From contig MU004239.1 of the NCBI GenBank assembly GCA_010405405.1, positions 248,001-312,000 of the forward strand: DNA of 64,000 bases, given 5' to 3'. Origin of the DNA: Microthyrium microscopicum. Its lineage: Eukaryota. A program made the position numbers and the translations under genes. Shown piece after piece: positions 12,695 through 23,817 of this stretch. The notes beneath the pieces were generated by a model. It was not told the DNA's origin and made no database searches. It saw nothing but the letters and a program-made list of their open reading frames with translations. Every line of letters begins with the position of its first letter. Positions within the stretch are counted from its first letter, which is position 1.

Positions 12695-14130
12695 ATGGAG
12701 ACTACCAACACCATGGCATCGATCCAAAATCCCGCGAAGGATCCAGCAATAGAAGAATCTGCCCAGCCTCTAGATCGCTTGAGCGACGAAGGACCAGCCA
12801 ATGAAGAAGAACCAAGTGAGAGCGCAAAAGACCAACTCATGTCACTTCTTGACACAATACGTGACACACTACCTCGACATGAAGGCAGCCGTATCAAAGC
12901 TGGTTTAACCGCAAACTTGTTTCATGCTAACTACATGTTGAGAACGCTACGAGGCCCAGAGGCCATTAGAGAGATCAAGATGTCACCAGCAGCTGCTAAG
13001 GCTTGGAAGTTGCACATGCAAGGATTGCGCGTTTATGGGTGGGAGCGCCGTATTTACTCCATTTTGAGCTATTGTATGTTGTTCTGATACAAATCGCATC
13101 GTACATAAGCTAATCCCTAGCTCCAAGGGCGTGACGCGTATAAAAAGAAAAGTAAGGCAATACGGTTCCGTGAAAAAGATGCGACCCCGGACAAACCGAA
13201 CGTGGAAAATCCTTCCGTGGACGAGGCCCCCGAATCGAAACGCCAGAAAACTACCCAAGTTAAAGCAATGAGCAGTAGGTCTGACCACAGTAGACCAGTA
13301 TCGATTGCCTCTGGAGACTCATCGGCCATTGAGGCTTCAACCAAGGAAGACGATCATACAAGACATATCAAAGAAATAGTCAGTTCTCAAAGAGATTTCC
13401 CCATAATTCTGCTAACCATCAGCAGGCCAGAGAGAGAGACAATTACGCGTGCATACTGACCAATGTAGAACTGGCCGAAAGCACGCACATCTTCCCACAG
13501 AAACTGCGCAGAAATGGAATGAATGCTGAAGCGAAGCGTGCCGGGCACTACATGGAAATATTTTTCGAGGCCAAAGCACTGCGGGAATCGTGGGAGAAGG
13601 TTGAAATCCAAATGAACAAAGAGACAGCTGCGAATATCCTTACACTCTCGCTCGACGCACGCGTCTACTGGACTGCACATCTGTTTGCCTTGGAGCCGCT
13701 AGATCCAGAAAAACACGATGATCCAGAAAAACTGCTCAGAGTCAGATTTCACTGGCGACCGAAACTGGAGGGCGCTTACCTGTTGGTACACTGCAGACTT
13801 CCAAACGATAAAAGCCCGCTCCGAGAAATTAAATCAGGCGATGTCTTTGAGATTGAGACAGACAACCCAAATAAAAGACCACTTCCAGATCGTGACCTGC
13901 TTCGCTTAGTGTACAACTTTCATGGAGTGGTCTGGGCTGACGATGGCGCCTTCAACGACGACAGCGACACCAAGGATAGCGCTTCAGTAGGTTCCGTGGT
14001 AAGCGATGAGCCCGTTGACTTTCAACAAGCTCCTGGCGGCAGCGAAAGCTTTATCGAGAAAGTCGGCTCCTGGATGGACGATGTTCCCTTGGAAGGCGAT
14101 GAACAGGTTGGATTGGGATGTGATTCCTAG
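12695..14130 (+). CDS. Fungal HNH_2-like (HNH endonuclease-fold) protein, degenerate; exon structure uncertain, possibly pseudogene
   Basis: Reading frame upstream of 13519 gives 'ESTHIFPQ'; then 'ANILTLSLDARVYW..LFALEP', 'FHWRP', 'IKSGDVFEI.T.NP..RPLPD..LL', typical of fungal HNH_2 proteins. I could not splice the upstream ORFs (12695-13087, 13121-13459) in phase. Confidence 0.5.
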
Positions 14131-14592
14131 AAGGGAATTTGTTTGCTTTTCCTTCAAAAACACCTGTTAGTATCATATACCGCGATAAAAAGCTGTTCAA
14201 CTCTTTTTCACGTTCTTTGTTGAGGCTCCAGTATCATCTTGAAATCAAGAGGATGCTGTTGAGGTTACGCGATAGTAAATCAATGCAAGAGCCTCCAGGC
14301 TCCACATAATCATATCAAAGGGCTGACAAAATACCTGACGTCTACGTCTTGGGCTTACCAAGACTTCTGAAGAAAAGCGCTGTTTCCCATCGTGTTCAAT
14401 AAAGATTGTGGATTTAAAGTAGTTCCTAGAAATGAAGCAGTCGACAACAAAACGTGGCATATGGAGCCATGTCAGTTGATGAGGGCACGCCAGTTATTTT
14501 GTCAAATGGTTGTCATATTCTCGACTAGATCTTAGCTGATGATCCCCAAGCAGCGGGCGACATGCCAACATTTACAAGAATCGCTATGCGCT

Positions 14593-15450
14593 TCACCTTC
14601 TGTGTCGTCTTGGGCGATTTGGTCTATAAGATGTGGCCAGCCTCTGATCAACATATTCATAAAGATCCCAGTGCCGCCAGTATTCGCTCTCGACACCAAC
14701 GACATCGTGTACGTCGAGGCAAGCAGTACAAGACGAAGAGGCAGGGTTCTCGGCGTCGTACTGAACATGTAGATATCGCACTTCGCCATATCTCCTCAAC
14801 TCCGTCTCACGAGCCTGAGCTATAGAGATCAGCTCAGGGTTTTCATCCATGGCCGACTCTATCATATCGTCATCAAGGTTTCCGGTCATAAAGTTAGCCG
14901 CAAACAGCGAAGCGGTCTTGATGACCACGTCAATCTTGAGTCCTGGCTGGTCCTCGAGCCAGATCGCTCCTGGTGGAGGCTCACGCCTTGGAGTGTATCT
15001 GTTCACATTCTGCGAGCTCGTGAGAGGCCTTACGCGCTGATTTCTGCCGCGTGCTCGTTCAATGGATAGTTTGTGACCGTAGTATGCGAGGAGCGCTAGT
15101 TCCATACCCAGAATAAGGGAAAATATCTCGGCACCACGTTTCGTTTGAGGAAATCGCTTCGTAGGTAGGAGAAAGTGTAGGTCATTGATGCCTCCAAACT
15201 TCCTTTCGTGGACTGCTGCCTTAGGGTAGGTAGTTAGTATGGTTCTGTTCGTATTCAAGGTCATGACTGGGTGAGGGAGACATTGGGACAATGTAGTCGA
15301 ACATGAAGTCGAGACCACAAGGTCAAAGTTTAAGAGCATCCTCGTAAGACAGGACGGAAGACCAAAATTCGGCATAAGGAAACTTACTGCACCAGCAAAG
15401 GCACCTGGAGTGTCTTTACGCCGACAAATTCCTTCAACATTGATCATCAT
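14593..15450 (-). CDS. RNase H1-like protein, paralog 1 (degenerate active site); 168-nt intron 15220-15387; true start may lie further upstream
   Basis: MINVEGICRRKDTPGAFAGA|AAV..FPQTKRGAEIFSLILGMELAL..IDVVIKTASLFA..ENPELI..YGEVRY..EN: matches the fungal RNase H pattern DGACR..G..PGA / PTNQRAEI.AII.ALE / LDV.I.SDS.YA / NRDLI. Confidence 0.7.
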   Translation of the reverse strand: MMINVEGICRRKDTPGAFAGAVSFLMPNFGLPSCLTRMLLNFDLVVSTSCSTTLSQCLPHPVMTLNTNRTILTTYPKAAVHERKFGGINDLHFLLPTKRFPQTKRGAEIFSLILGMELALLAYYGHKLSIERARGRNQRVRPLTSSQNVNRYTPRREPPPGAIWLEDQPGLKIDVVIKTASLFAANFMTGNLDDDMIESAMDENPELISIAQARETELRRYGEVRYLHVQYDAENPASSSCTACLDVHDVVGVESEYWRHWDLYEYVDQRLATSYRPNRPRRHRR

Positions 15451-16369
15451 CCGGTAAGCTTTGCCCGGCAGCTGCATGATGAAGGATCGCAAAAGCAATA
15501 ACCTGCGTAGATAATGCGATCTTTGATAAGGACTGACTTCTCCGTGTAAGTATAATTTACCTAGAATGTTCGATTTACCGTGGGACTCACACTGGACACG
15601 ACGCGTATTTGCGTAGTGATTTGCTCAATGGGAAGACTGTTGCAGCAACTTGAGGACAGTAGCAGAGGTAAACGACAAGCACAAGATATAGGATTGCCCA
15701 AGGGCTACAATCAAGTTGAGAACTTCTTCAAGAAAGGAGTAGATGAGATGTCGGTTCACACGCTCATCCCCTTTGAAGCAGGGAGTCGCGTCGCTTAGTA
15801 CAGAACGCGTGCGGATATCTGACCCCCGAAAACGCCACCATTTACACTGTCTCACACTTACAACTCGTTCATTTTAACAAAAATTGACAGGGGATCCTAG
15901 AGAAACTTTCCACAATCTTCAGAGACCAAGAAGATTAAGGGAGCTTATGGCTGTGAATACAATGGTCCCTGAGTAGGCAAAATAGCAATGACAGCCTGAC
16001 AGCTTTACATCATGCAATTTAGGCAAACACAGAATCTCTGTCTGTGTTGAAAATGAGTTACGTAGGTTTGGAACGTGAGCAAAAGTAAAAGCAGAGGCTC
16101 TCAAGGTGGTAGATCCTGTATCAAGTGCATATGCTGTCATGAGTTACTGAAATACTTACCTAGATAATTTGCTAATAAGGTTGATAGAGTAGGCAAGACA
16201 GCGAAGCAGACCTCAACATCACGACAGCAGCACATACACGATGCATGAGCATCGCTGCAAGAAGTTTTTGGCAAATGAGTTAGGTATGTGTTCATGTCAA
16301 AACTAGGAGAATTCAAAAAATCATATTCCTTCCTTTGATGCGCTTCATCGACGATGGAGCCACAAGAAT

Positions 16370-17451
16370 TCAATTTGGGCATAATGAACGTTCATCGGTG
16401 CAGTCGAGATAGTATTCCAGAGTTAGGGGTCCATATGCAAAGTCTTCGCTTGCAACATCCTGTGCAATGTTGGTCCTGTATGTCCAGCCACGGACAGGCC
16501 GTCCATATTCGTGCATAAAGTCCAGCTTATCATGGCACACTTCGGTGGCGAAATTTGTCATCGTTTTGGGTATGAGTTTATACCGGATTGTGCCCTGGGC
16601 CAGCACCTCGCATCGACGGCAGAAAATCAACTTGAGCAGGTCGCCATCCTCAATGGCACTGAAGTCTAGCGCACCTTCTGCGTCCGGAGGTAGAAATCCA
16701 AAATCCAGTTTCGAAAGCCTAACGACTTCTGCTGAACTCGTCATAATCGTAACGTCCAATCGAGGCTTTTGAAGGCTATTTTCAGAAACCCAAAGATGTC
16801 TCGGGCCCCTTTGTATTTCCATGTCCAGCTGGCGTTTTCGAGCCTTTGAAATGGCCTTTCTCGAATGTGCTTTGCGAGGCCTTGAGTCCATAATAGCCTT
16901 TCTTGCTTTGGACTTTTGAGGCCTGGAATCCATTATCGCCCTTCGTGGCTCCAACGGGTGACCTTTAGATTTTTCAGGCCAATGAAGCTTTAGATCCTCT
17001 GGCAACCCCAGCTCGTACAAAGATATCAACGCCAGTTCCAACCCCAATAAGATGGCAAATATATCAGCGCGCCGCTTGGTTGCTGGAAACTCGTCATCTG
17101 GAAGAGCATTACGGCGATGGGTCGAGCCTCCATTCTTCTTTACGTGGACGGCTCCCTTTAATGCGTTAGATCCGCCTTTATTTGGAATATACGCCCAACA
17201 GATATCGCGTTATGGACTTCCTGTAAGTTGAGCCGAGATGACAGATTCTGTGAAGTTTGAAGTTTTCACATGCCAATGGGCCGCAACGAAAATTGGAAGT
17301 CGTTTCAACGATCAACTAAAATGATCAATGAACTTACGGAAGCTGCGAACGATCCTTTCCAGCCTTTGGCTCGACAGACGCCATCGGTATGGATTTTCAT
17401 TTCGTATACCGGAACGGGCGCGTCCATGTCCAAATCGTAGACGTCTTCCAT
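16370..17451 (-). CDS. RNase H1-like protein, paralog 2 (degenerate active site); intron 17156-17337
   Basis: Spliced MEDVYD..MKIHTDGVCRAKGWKGSFAAS|GAVHVKK..FPATKRRADIFAILLGLELAL..LDVTIMTSS..EDGDLL..GTIRYKLIPK. Confidence 0.7.
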
Positions 17452-18623
17452 GGTAGAAGGGATAGAAGCAGTAGATCTTGAGGATTGTAGAAAGTTATAT
17501 GACTGTATTGTCGGTCAGTGGATTGGATCTCAAAGATTGGAGGATTTCATACTACACGTCTTTAATCCTTGAGAGTCTGATTCAAACTGTATCTGAGGAG
17601 TAGTTTACGGAAGCGAAGGATGAGATGAGCATGCCCGATTTAGGATGAGCGCAGGTATTTAGTAAGGAAGAAAACTTCTGTCAACGAAGTCTTTAGAAGA
17701 GGGGAAGTGAGGCTAAGAAGCGGCGGTCGCCGCTATCAGTAGTAGTACTCGGAAAGTTTCTGAATTGTGATCTGTCGAATCAAAGTTTTCCATAGGTTCC
17801 AGAATCCTTAACGCCACCACTATTCAGGGAACTTCCCATCAGCTAGGTCTTGGGACCGGAACGTCGCAGGGAACATGCTATCGGGATCCGGATACCAGGA
17901 GATCAAACCACAAAAGCATACGACAGTACATATCACGAAAGGGGTACTGTTCCGTTCCTCTAGTATGCTTTACAATGTGCTTTACCAAAACGCTGATGGC
18001 TATATCTTGTTAAAGTTGTAGAAGTGACGTCGCGCGTCGCGTTTCGCCCCTTTTCACGCACGCACATGCGGTCTATCGACGCTAAAATCTTCCTCGACCA
18101 TTGTGCTGAGCGTGCATATAAGGCTGAAAGCCAAAAAACCGTCCAACGTCCTGCGTTCGTCACATTTAACTCGAGATATCCATCTTCATTATTCAGTGTA
18201 TGGTCGCGATGTAAGAATTATATCGTAGTGACTAGAGTACCCACACCCAACCAGGTCAAACCTACTCTACTCTAGAGCACTTTGTCATGGCTTTACTGCT
18301 TATCCATTGCAAGAGATGGAAAAGCACGCCGGTTATCTGTTTGCCATTTGGTGTTTGCCCAGTACCTGTACTATTCAAATTTACCTTTCTGTTGAAACTC
18401 CTGCCTGTGTGCCTATGTTGCTTTTTACAAGTCTGATTAGTAATGCTGGCATCCACATCTTATTACCGCAGATCTCCAACAGGTAATGATTGGCAGGTCT
18501 GGCAGTAATCTTGGGGGCCGAGAAGGATGCTCGATTTCGCGATCCAACGACTTTCTGACACTGCCTATATCATCCTTCCAGATTTGATTTTTGAAGGAGT
18601 AGAACGTGGATTTGCAGTTGTAG

Positions 18624-20593
18624 ATGCGTGAGTAATCCATAAGGGAGTCCAAGCAATGCTCATTCTTGTTCAGATTCTGTACGTTCCCGTGCCAGAAAGA
18701 AAACCGGCGAAGAGAAGTTGCAACTACAATTAGAAAGATGGCGCCTGAGAGCAGAAAGGCTTGCGCAAAGAGCGGAGAGCCATCAACATCGGCGACGTAA
18801 ACAACAGGAACAAGATGAACAAACGCACCCTGATGGTGAAACACCACTTCCAAAAGTTGAAAGCAATGAGGCATCCAAGACACATGAACCTAAAGGAACT
18901 CTAAATGGAGGAGCAAATCTTCGAGCGCAACTGAAGATGCTTTTCGCAGCAAACATATTTCGACTGCTTATCAATCTCATGTTCGCTTTGGTTCCTGCAG
19001 GTTTTGCGCTCTATTATACTCATGCCGATGATCTTACCGTCTTTTTCGTCAACTTCTTTGCGGTCATTCCTAGTGCTGCTATACAAGGTGTTGCTGCAGA
19101 TGAGTTGGGGCTTAGGCTACGCGCTACGTTCACCGGCAGATGGGGAGATATCATGGCTGGGCTCTTGAATCAGACATTTGGGTAAGTGATATCGATTTAT
19201 GATGAGAGCACCTTCTACGAGGGATGTCAGCCGGTGGGCAAAATAAAAGGCGCGCTTCCGTCAGCCTTGTTGGCTTCCAGATGCTGAGTTCTATCACCAA
19301 GTGCTTTATTTACCATAAAGAGCGTCCAGAATTGAACGTCTTATCGAATACAGTGGGAAAGATAGCACGGCTTGTTAACAGCGTGGGTGGCAGCCATCAG
19401 AGCTGATGGGAGTACGCCTTTACAAGTTACCACACCGTTGAATGTCAGCGGCGAGAGATAATACGCACAAGATGTATGCTAATCTTGGTGAAATAGTAAT
19501 GCAGTACAGCTCATATCTTCCATCATCCTTCTACGAGCTCGAAGAATCAACATCCTTAAAAGCTCGCTCCTGGGTGGAATACTCACAAATCTCCTTCTCA
19601 TGACTGGGCTAAGCTTTTTCACTGGTGGATTACATTGCTTGGAGCAGTATTTCGACGCCACACTTGCTCAGACCATTGGTATGCTTCTTCTGCTCGCCTG
19701 TTTGAGCCTGGTTATACCTACAGCGGCTCATAGCCTCGGGAATACCTCCCCAAAAGGAATAACACAGCAGTCTCGTGGAACTGCAATCATCATCATGATA
19801 TCATATATCCTTTGGCTTCTGTTTCAACTCAAGTATAACAGAGAGCTGTTTGATAACCCAGAGAAACGAGAGAAGAAGAAAAGAAAGTTGACTGATCAAC
19901 AAAGAATGAAACTGGAAGCTCGACAAGAGGTCAAGAGACAGCTTAAGCGTGCATGGGATGCTAAAATCAACCGCGCCAACCCTCCGTCTACGATCAGTAT
20001 CACTCCTGTTGACTCGGATGTCATTGCAAGTGACTCGAGCGATGGACCCTCCGACGGTGAACCGGATGCCACACTGTCCTATGCTACTTGCTTCATTACT
20101 CTCATAATTAGCACCGTCCTAATCGCGTACAACACGGAACTCGCCACTCGAACAATCGAGGGCCTATTGACCGATGCTGGACTATCAGAGACCTTCGTTG
20201 GCTTGATCATCATCCCGTTGCTCAATATCGACCCAATGTGTATCAGTGTTGCAAACCTGGACAATGTCGACCTTAGTATTTCATTAACGCTTGAACGTTG
20301 TATGCAGACAGCGCTGATGGTCGTGCCGTTTATTGTACTGCTTGCATGGTGGATGCATATTCCAGAGATGAATATGGAATTTGATACCTTTCCAGTCTTG
20401 GCGTTGTTCGCGTCGATTATAATGGTCACGTATGTCGTCCAGCAAGGCAAGAGTAACTGGTAAGACTTCATCAATACTGACAGGATGTGGGACTAACGAT
20501 ATGTATAGGCTTACCGGCGCTTTGCTGGTCAAAGTTTATATTTTGATTGGTCTTTCATCTTATTATGTTGGAACGGCAGAATCGATTCAATAG
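18624..20593 (+). CDS. Ca2+/H+ exchanger (CAX/VCX1-like), divergent; introns ~18628-18673, 19182-19496, ~20460-20508
   Basis: GLLNQTFG|NAVQLI, SSLLGGILTNLLLMTGLSFFTGG, SRGTAII..SYILWLLFQLK, SETFVGLIIIP, MQTALMVVPFIVLLAW, GKSNWLTGALL. The 5' end is tentative. Confidence 0.85.
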
Positions 20594-20821
20594 AGGCAAA
20601 TGCTTAGAGGCTACTGAGTCTCCTTTCAACTTCCAACACTGATAGATTTGATTCACAATTAATACGCACTTTGATGCAAAAAAGGGGTGACCAAGTAAAG
20701 TGCAATCAGAGGTACTGTCTAAACGTGCTCTTAGTCGATTGTCTCAACTCTTTTCTACAGTCAACAACTTAACACTTTGCTGATTTGTCTTCCTGTCTCA
20801 GAAATTTAATGTTCCAGTCTA

Positions 20822-23167
20822 TCAAAGAGCTCTTGCCCCGATATCTTTCCGAAACTGCATGCCTTCGAAATTTATGCTTTTGACTCCTACATAAGCCTTT
20901 GCGATGGCTTTTTCTAGAGTTTCCGCCGTAGCTGTTGATGCAATCACTCTTCCACCTGACGTCTTCAGCTCCCCATCATTCAATACGGTCCCAGCATGGA
21001 ACAATACGACATCTATAACTAGTTAGATGGCATATACACTAGATGCAGTTCTGTACAACTTACCGCTTGGTACTGCTTCTATACTCATATGAGTGCCCTT
21101 CTTGTATGAATCAGGATATCCTCCAGCTGCCACTACCACCGTAGCAGCACACTTCTTCGACACTTTGACATCGACTTGGTGAAGTCTACCTTCCGCAGAT
21201 GCCATCAAGATCTCTGCCAAATCCGAGTCAAGTAGTGCCATCAGACTTTGCGTCTCTGGGTCACCAAAACGGACGTTATACTCCAGCAATCGAGGCCCGT
21301 CCTTGGTGATCATATAACCAGTGAACAGACAGCCTATGAAAGGATATCCGTCCTTTTTCATGCCTTCAATTGTCGGCCGAAGAACAGTATCATCAATCTG
21401 CTCCATAATTTTCTGGGTGACGATTTTTGTTGGCGCAGGCGCATAAGTCCCCATTCCTCCAGTGTTCGGACCCTTATCACCCTCAAAGATTCGTTTGTGG
21501 TCCTGAGCAGGCGGCAGGCTCTTAAAAGAGTTGCCATCACAGAAACTCAGTATGCTAATTTCGTCGCCTTCAAGGAATTCCTCAATCACGACTTCGTTTC
21601 CAGCATCTCCAAAGGCTTTGTCTAGCATGACTTCCTTTATGGCTTTGTGTGCTTCTTCTTTGTTTGCTGGGATAATCACACCTTTGCCAGCTGCCAGGCC
21701 ACTAGCCTTGACGACGACATTGTGATCTATCGAGTCAAGATATTTTCGAGCCGCTTCGTAGTCATCAAAATTTTCATATCGGGCGGTTGGAATGTTGTAC
21801 TTTTTCATAAAGTCTTTGGAGAATGTCTTGCTTCCTTCCATGTGTGCTGCTTTGGCGCTTGGCCCGAAGCTTTTGACTTTTGGCGCATGTTTTGCGAAAA
21901 AGTCTACAATCCCGTCTACTAGAGGTTGCTCTGGCCCGGGAATCAAAAGATCAATGTTGTTGGATTTGGCGAACGTGGCAAGATCTTCAAAGTTTGATGC
22001 CGAGACTGTGCTTAGGTTCGTCGTCTTGGCCAGTGAAGATGTTCCCCCATTACCAGGGCAGACAAACAGCTGGGAAACTGTCGGGGATTGAGACAATTTC
22101 CAGGCCAACGCATGCTCACGGCCGCCGTTGCCAACAAGGAGCACTCGAAGACCACCCCATTTTTGGCCAGTAAGGCGTTCATATGCTTCCACGTAACCTT
22201 GTCGAGTTCGATCAACAACGTCTGCAGGCATGCTCACACCGTCTTTGCCTTTCAGTCCATTGTCAATAAGCCAGTCTCGTAGGTATTGCTTGTCCAAACT
22301 TGACTGCGACTTTCCCACCTGATATTTCTCCGTATCCCAGAATCTGCTGCTATCCGGCGTCAAAACCTCATCAATGAGGACGACAGAAGGCGGCGAAGTA
22401 GCCTCGTCCAGTCCAAACTCAAACTTTGTATCAGCAATGATGATGCCACGCTCCGCTGCATAATCCCGCGCAGTCTTATACAACTTCAAAGACAGTGCTG
22501 CGATTGCGTCTGCATAGTCTTTGCCTACGATTCCAGCTGCTTGCTCGGGAGAGATATTCTCGTCTTTCTCACCCACTTCTGCTTTTGTGCTAGGAGTCCA
22601 GATTGGTTGTTCGAGTTTTTCGCTCTCTTGCAGGCCTTCTGGCATTTTCATCCCATGGACAGTCCCGGTCTTCTTGTACTCGCTCCAGGCGCTACCGGTT
22701 ATGTAGCCACGCACTATAGACTCGATTGGAAATACTTTGAGCTTCCTCACTTGCATAGATCGATCCTGCGCCGCTGCTGCATCTTCAGATGCTGCTAATT
22801 TGGCGGGTAGATCTAGAGTCAGCAGGTGCGTTTTGAGATCTGGAATGGCTTTGCTGAGAACCGAGAACCAGTGGGCAGTAAGTCGAGTCAACAAAGCCCC
22901 TTTATCTGGAATCCCATTGGACAGAACCTGGACACCTATCAGAAGTGTCAAATATTGAAATCCAAATGACATACAACATCGAAGGCGCTCACCCTGTCTG
23001 TGGCCACAAACAGGATAGTCGAATCATCAACTTCATAGAGCTCTCTAACTTCAAAAAGGTCAGTATATATACGTTCGAGACGCTATAGCTTGCTCACCCT
23101 TGCCGGTTGAAAGATGCTTGAAGTGTTTCGAAAGGTCAGTGCTCACGACGACTTGATTTGGTGCCAT
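20822..23167 (-). CDS. Fused SAICAR synthetase (Ade1/PurC) + GAR synthetase (Ade5/PurD); introns 23049-23097, 22928-22974, 21013-21063
   Basis: PurC motifs GKVRELY, DRVSAFD, ESIVRGYITGS, TPSTKA, IADTKFEFG, DEVLTPDSSRFW, DKQYLRDWL continue in the same ORF into PurD motifs GNGGREHA, GPEQPL, MEGSK, KASGLAAGKGV, QDHKR..GPNTGGMG, EYNVRFGDPETQ, FHAGT, TSGGRV, FRKDIG. Confidence 0.93.
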
Positions 23168-23817
23168 GATTTATGAAAGTGGTCTTGGTCGAGTTTAGTA
23201 TTATGCACAAATGAGATGCAACAAGTCCGAATTTTGTACTTGCCGAAATCTGATGTTGAAAAACACTAGCTCAGAATTTTTCACAGCATCCATGGACACC
23301 TGCAGTTACATCAAAAATATACCTCGAGCTTGGTAGATGCACGTGATAGCCCTAGTTCTCAGCCTTGTACTATCAGGCTGAGTTGCAACCACATCCTTAT
23401 CACGACTGTCATCAACGAAACCTAGATTTGCTGATTGATTATACAAAGTCCTTCAGATCAGCGGTATGAGTCGACAAAGAGAATCCTCTAACAATGCCAT
23501 TGATGCCATCAAAGACTCTCACTTCCCTTTATACTTGGGCAGTATATGCAAAACAATGGGATTATATATCAACTTCGACTTTCATATCAACCGCTACAAC
23601 ACCATTGATTTTGAAGGATGGCTTGGTTCAACGCTCCTATACTGGCATCATGGCTCCGCTAGAACACATTTATAGCCTTTGGGGTAGTGTGATAGAATAT
23701 TCTACCATGTCAACCAACAGAAGTCTCTCGAAAGCCTGAGTTCAGCATAAATAACTCTAAGCTCTCTACAAGATTTCAGACCCTACTATCCCAAAGATAT
23801 CGTGTTCAGGAGAAACC

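Noticed and set aside
23338..23348. CACGTG E-box upstream of the purine fusion gene
   Set aside because: A single hexamer; cannot be distinguished from chance without conservation data.
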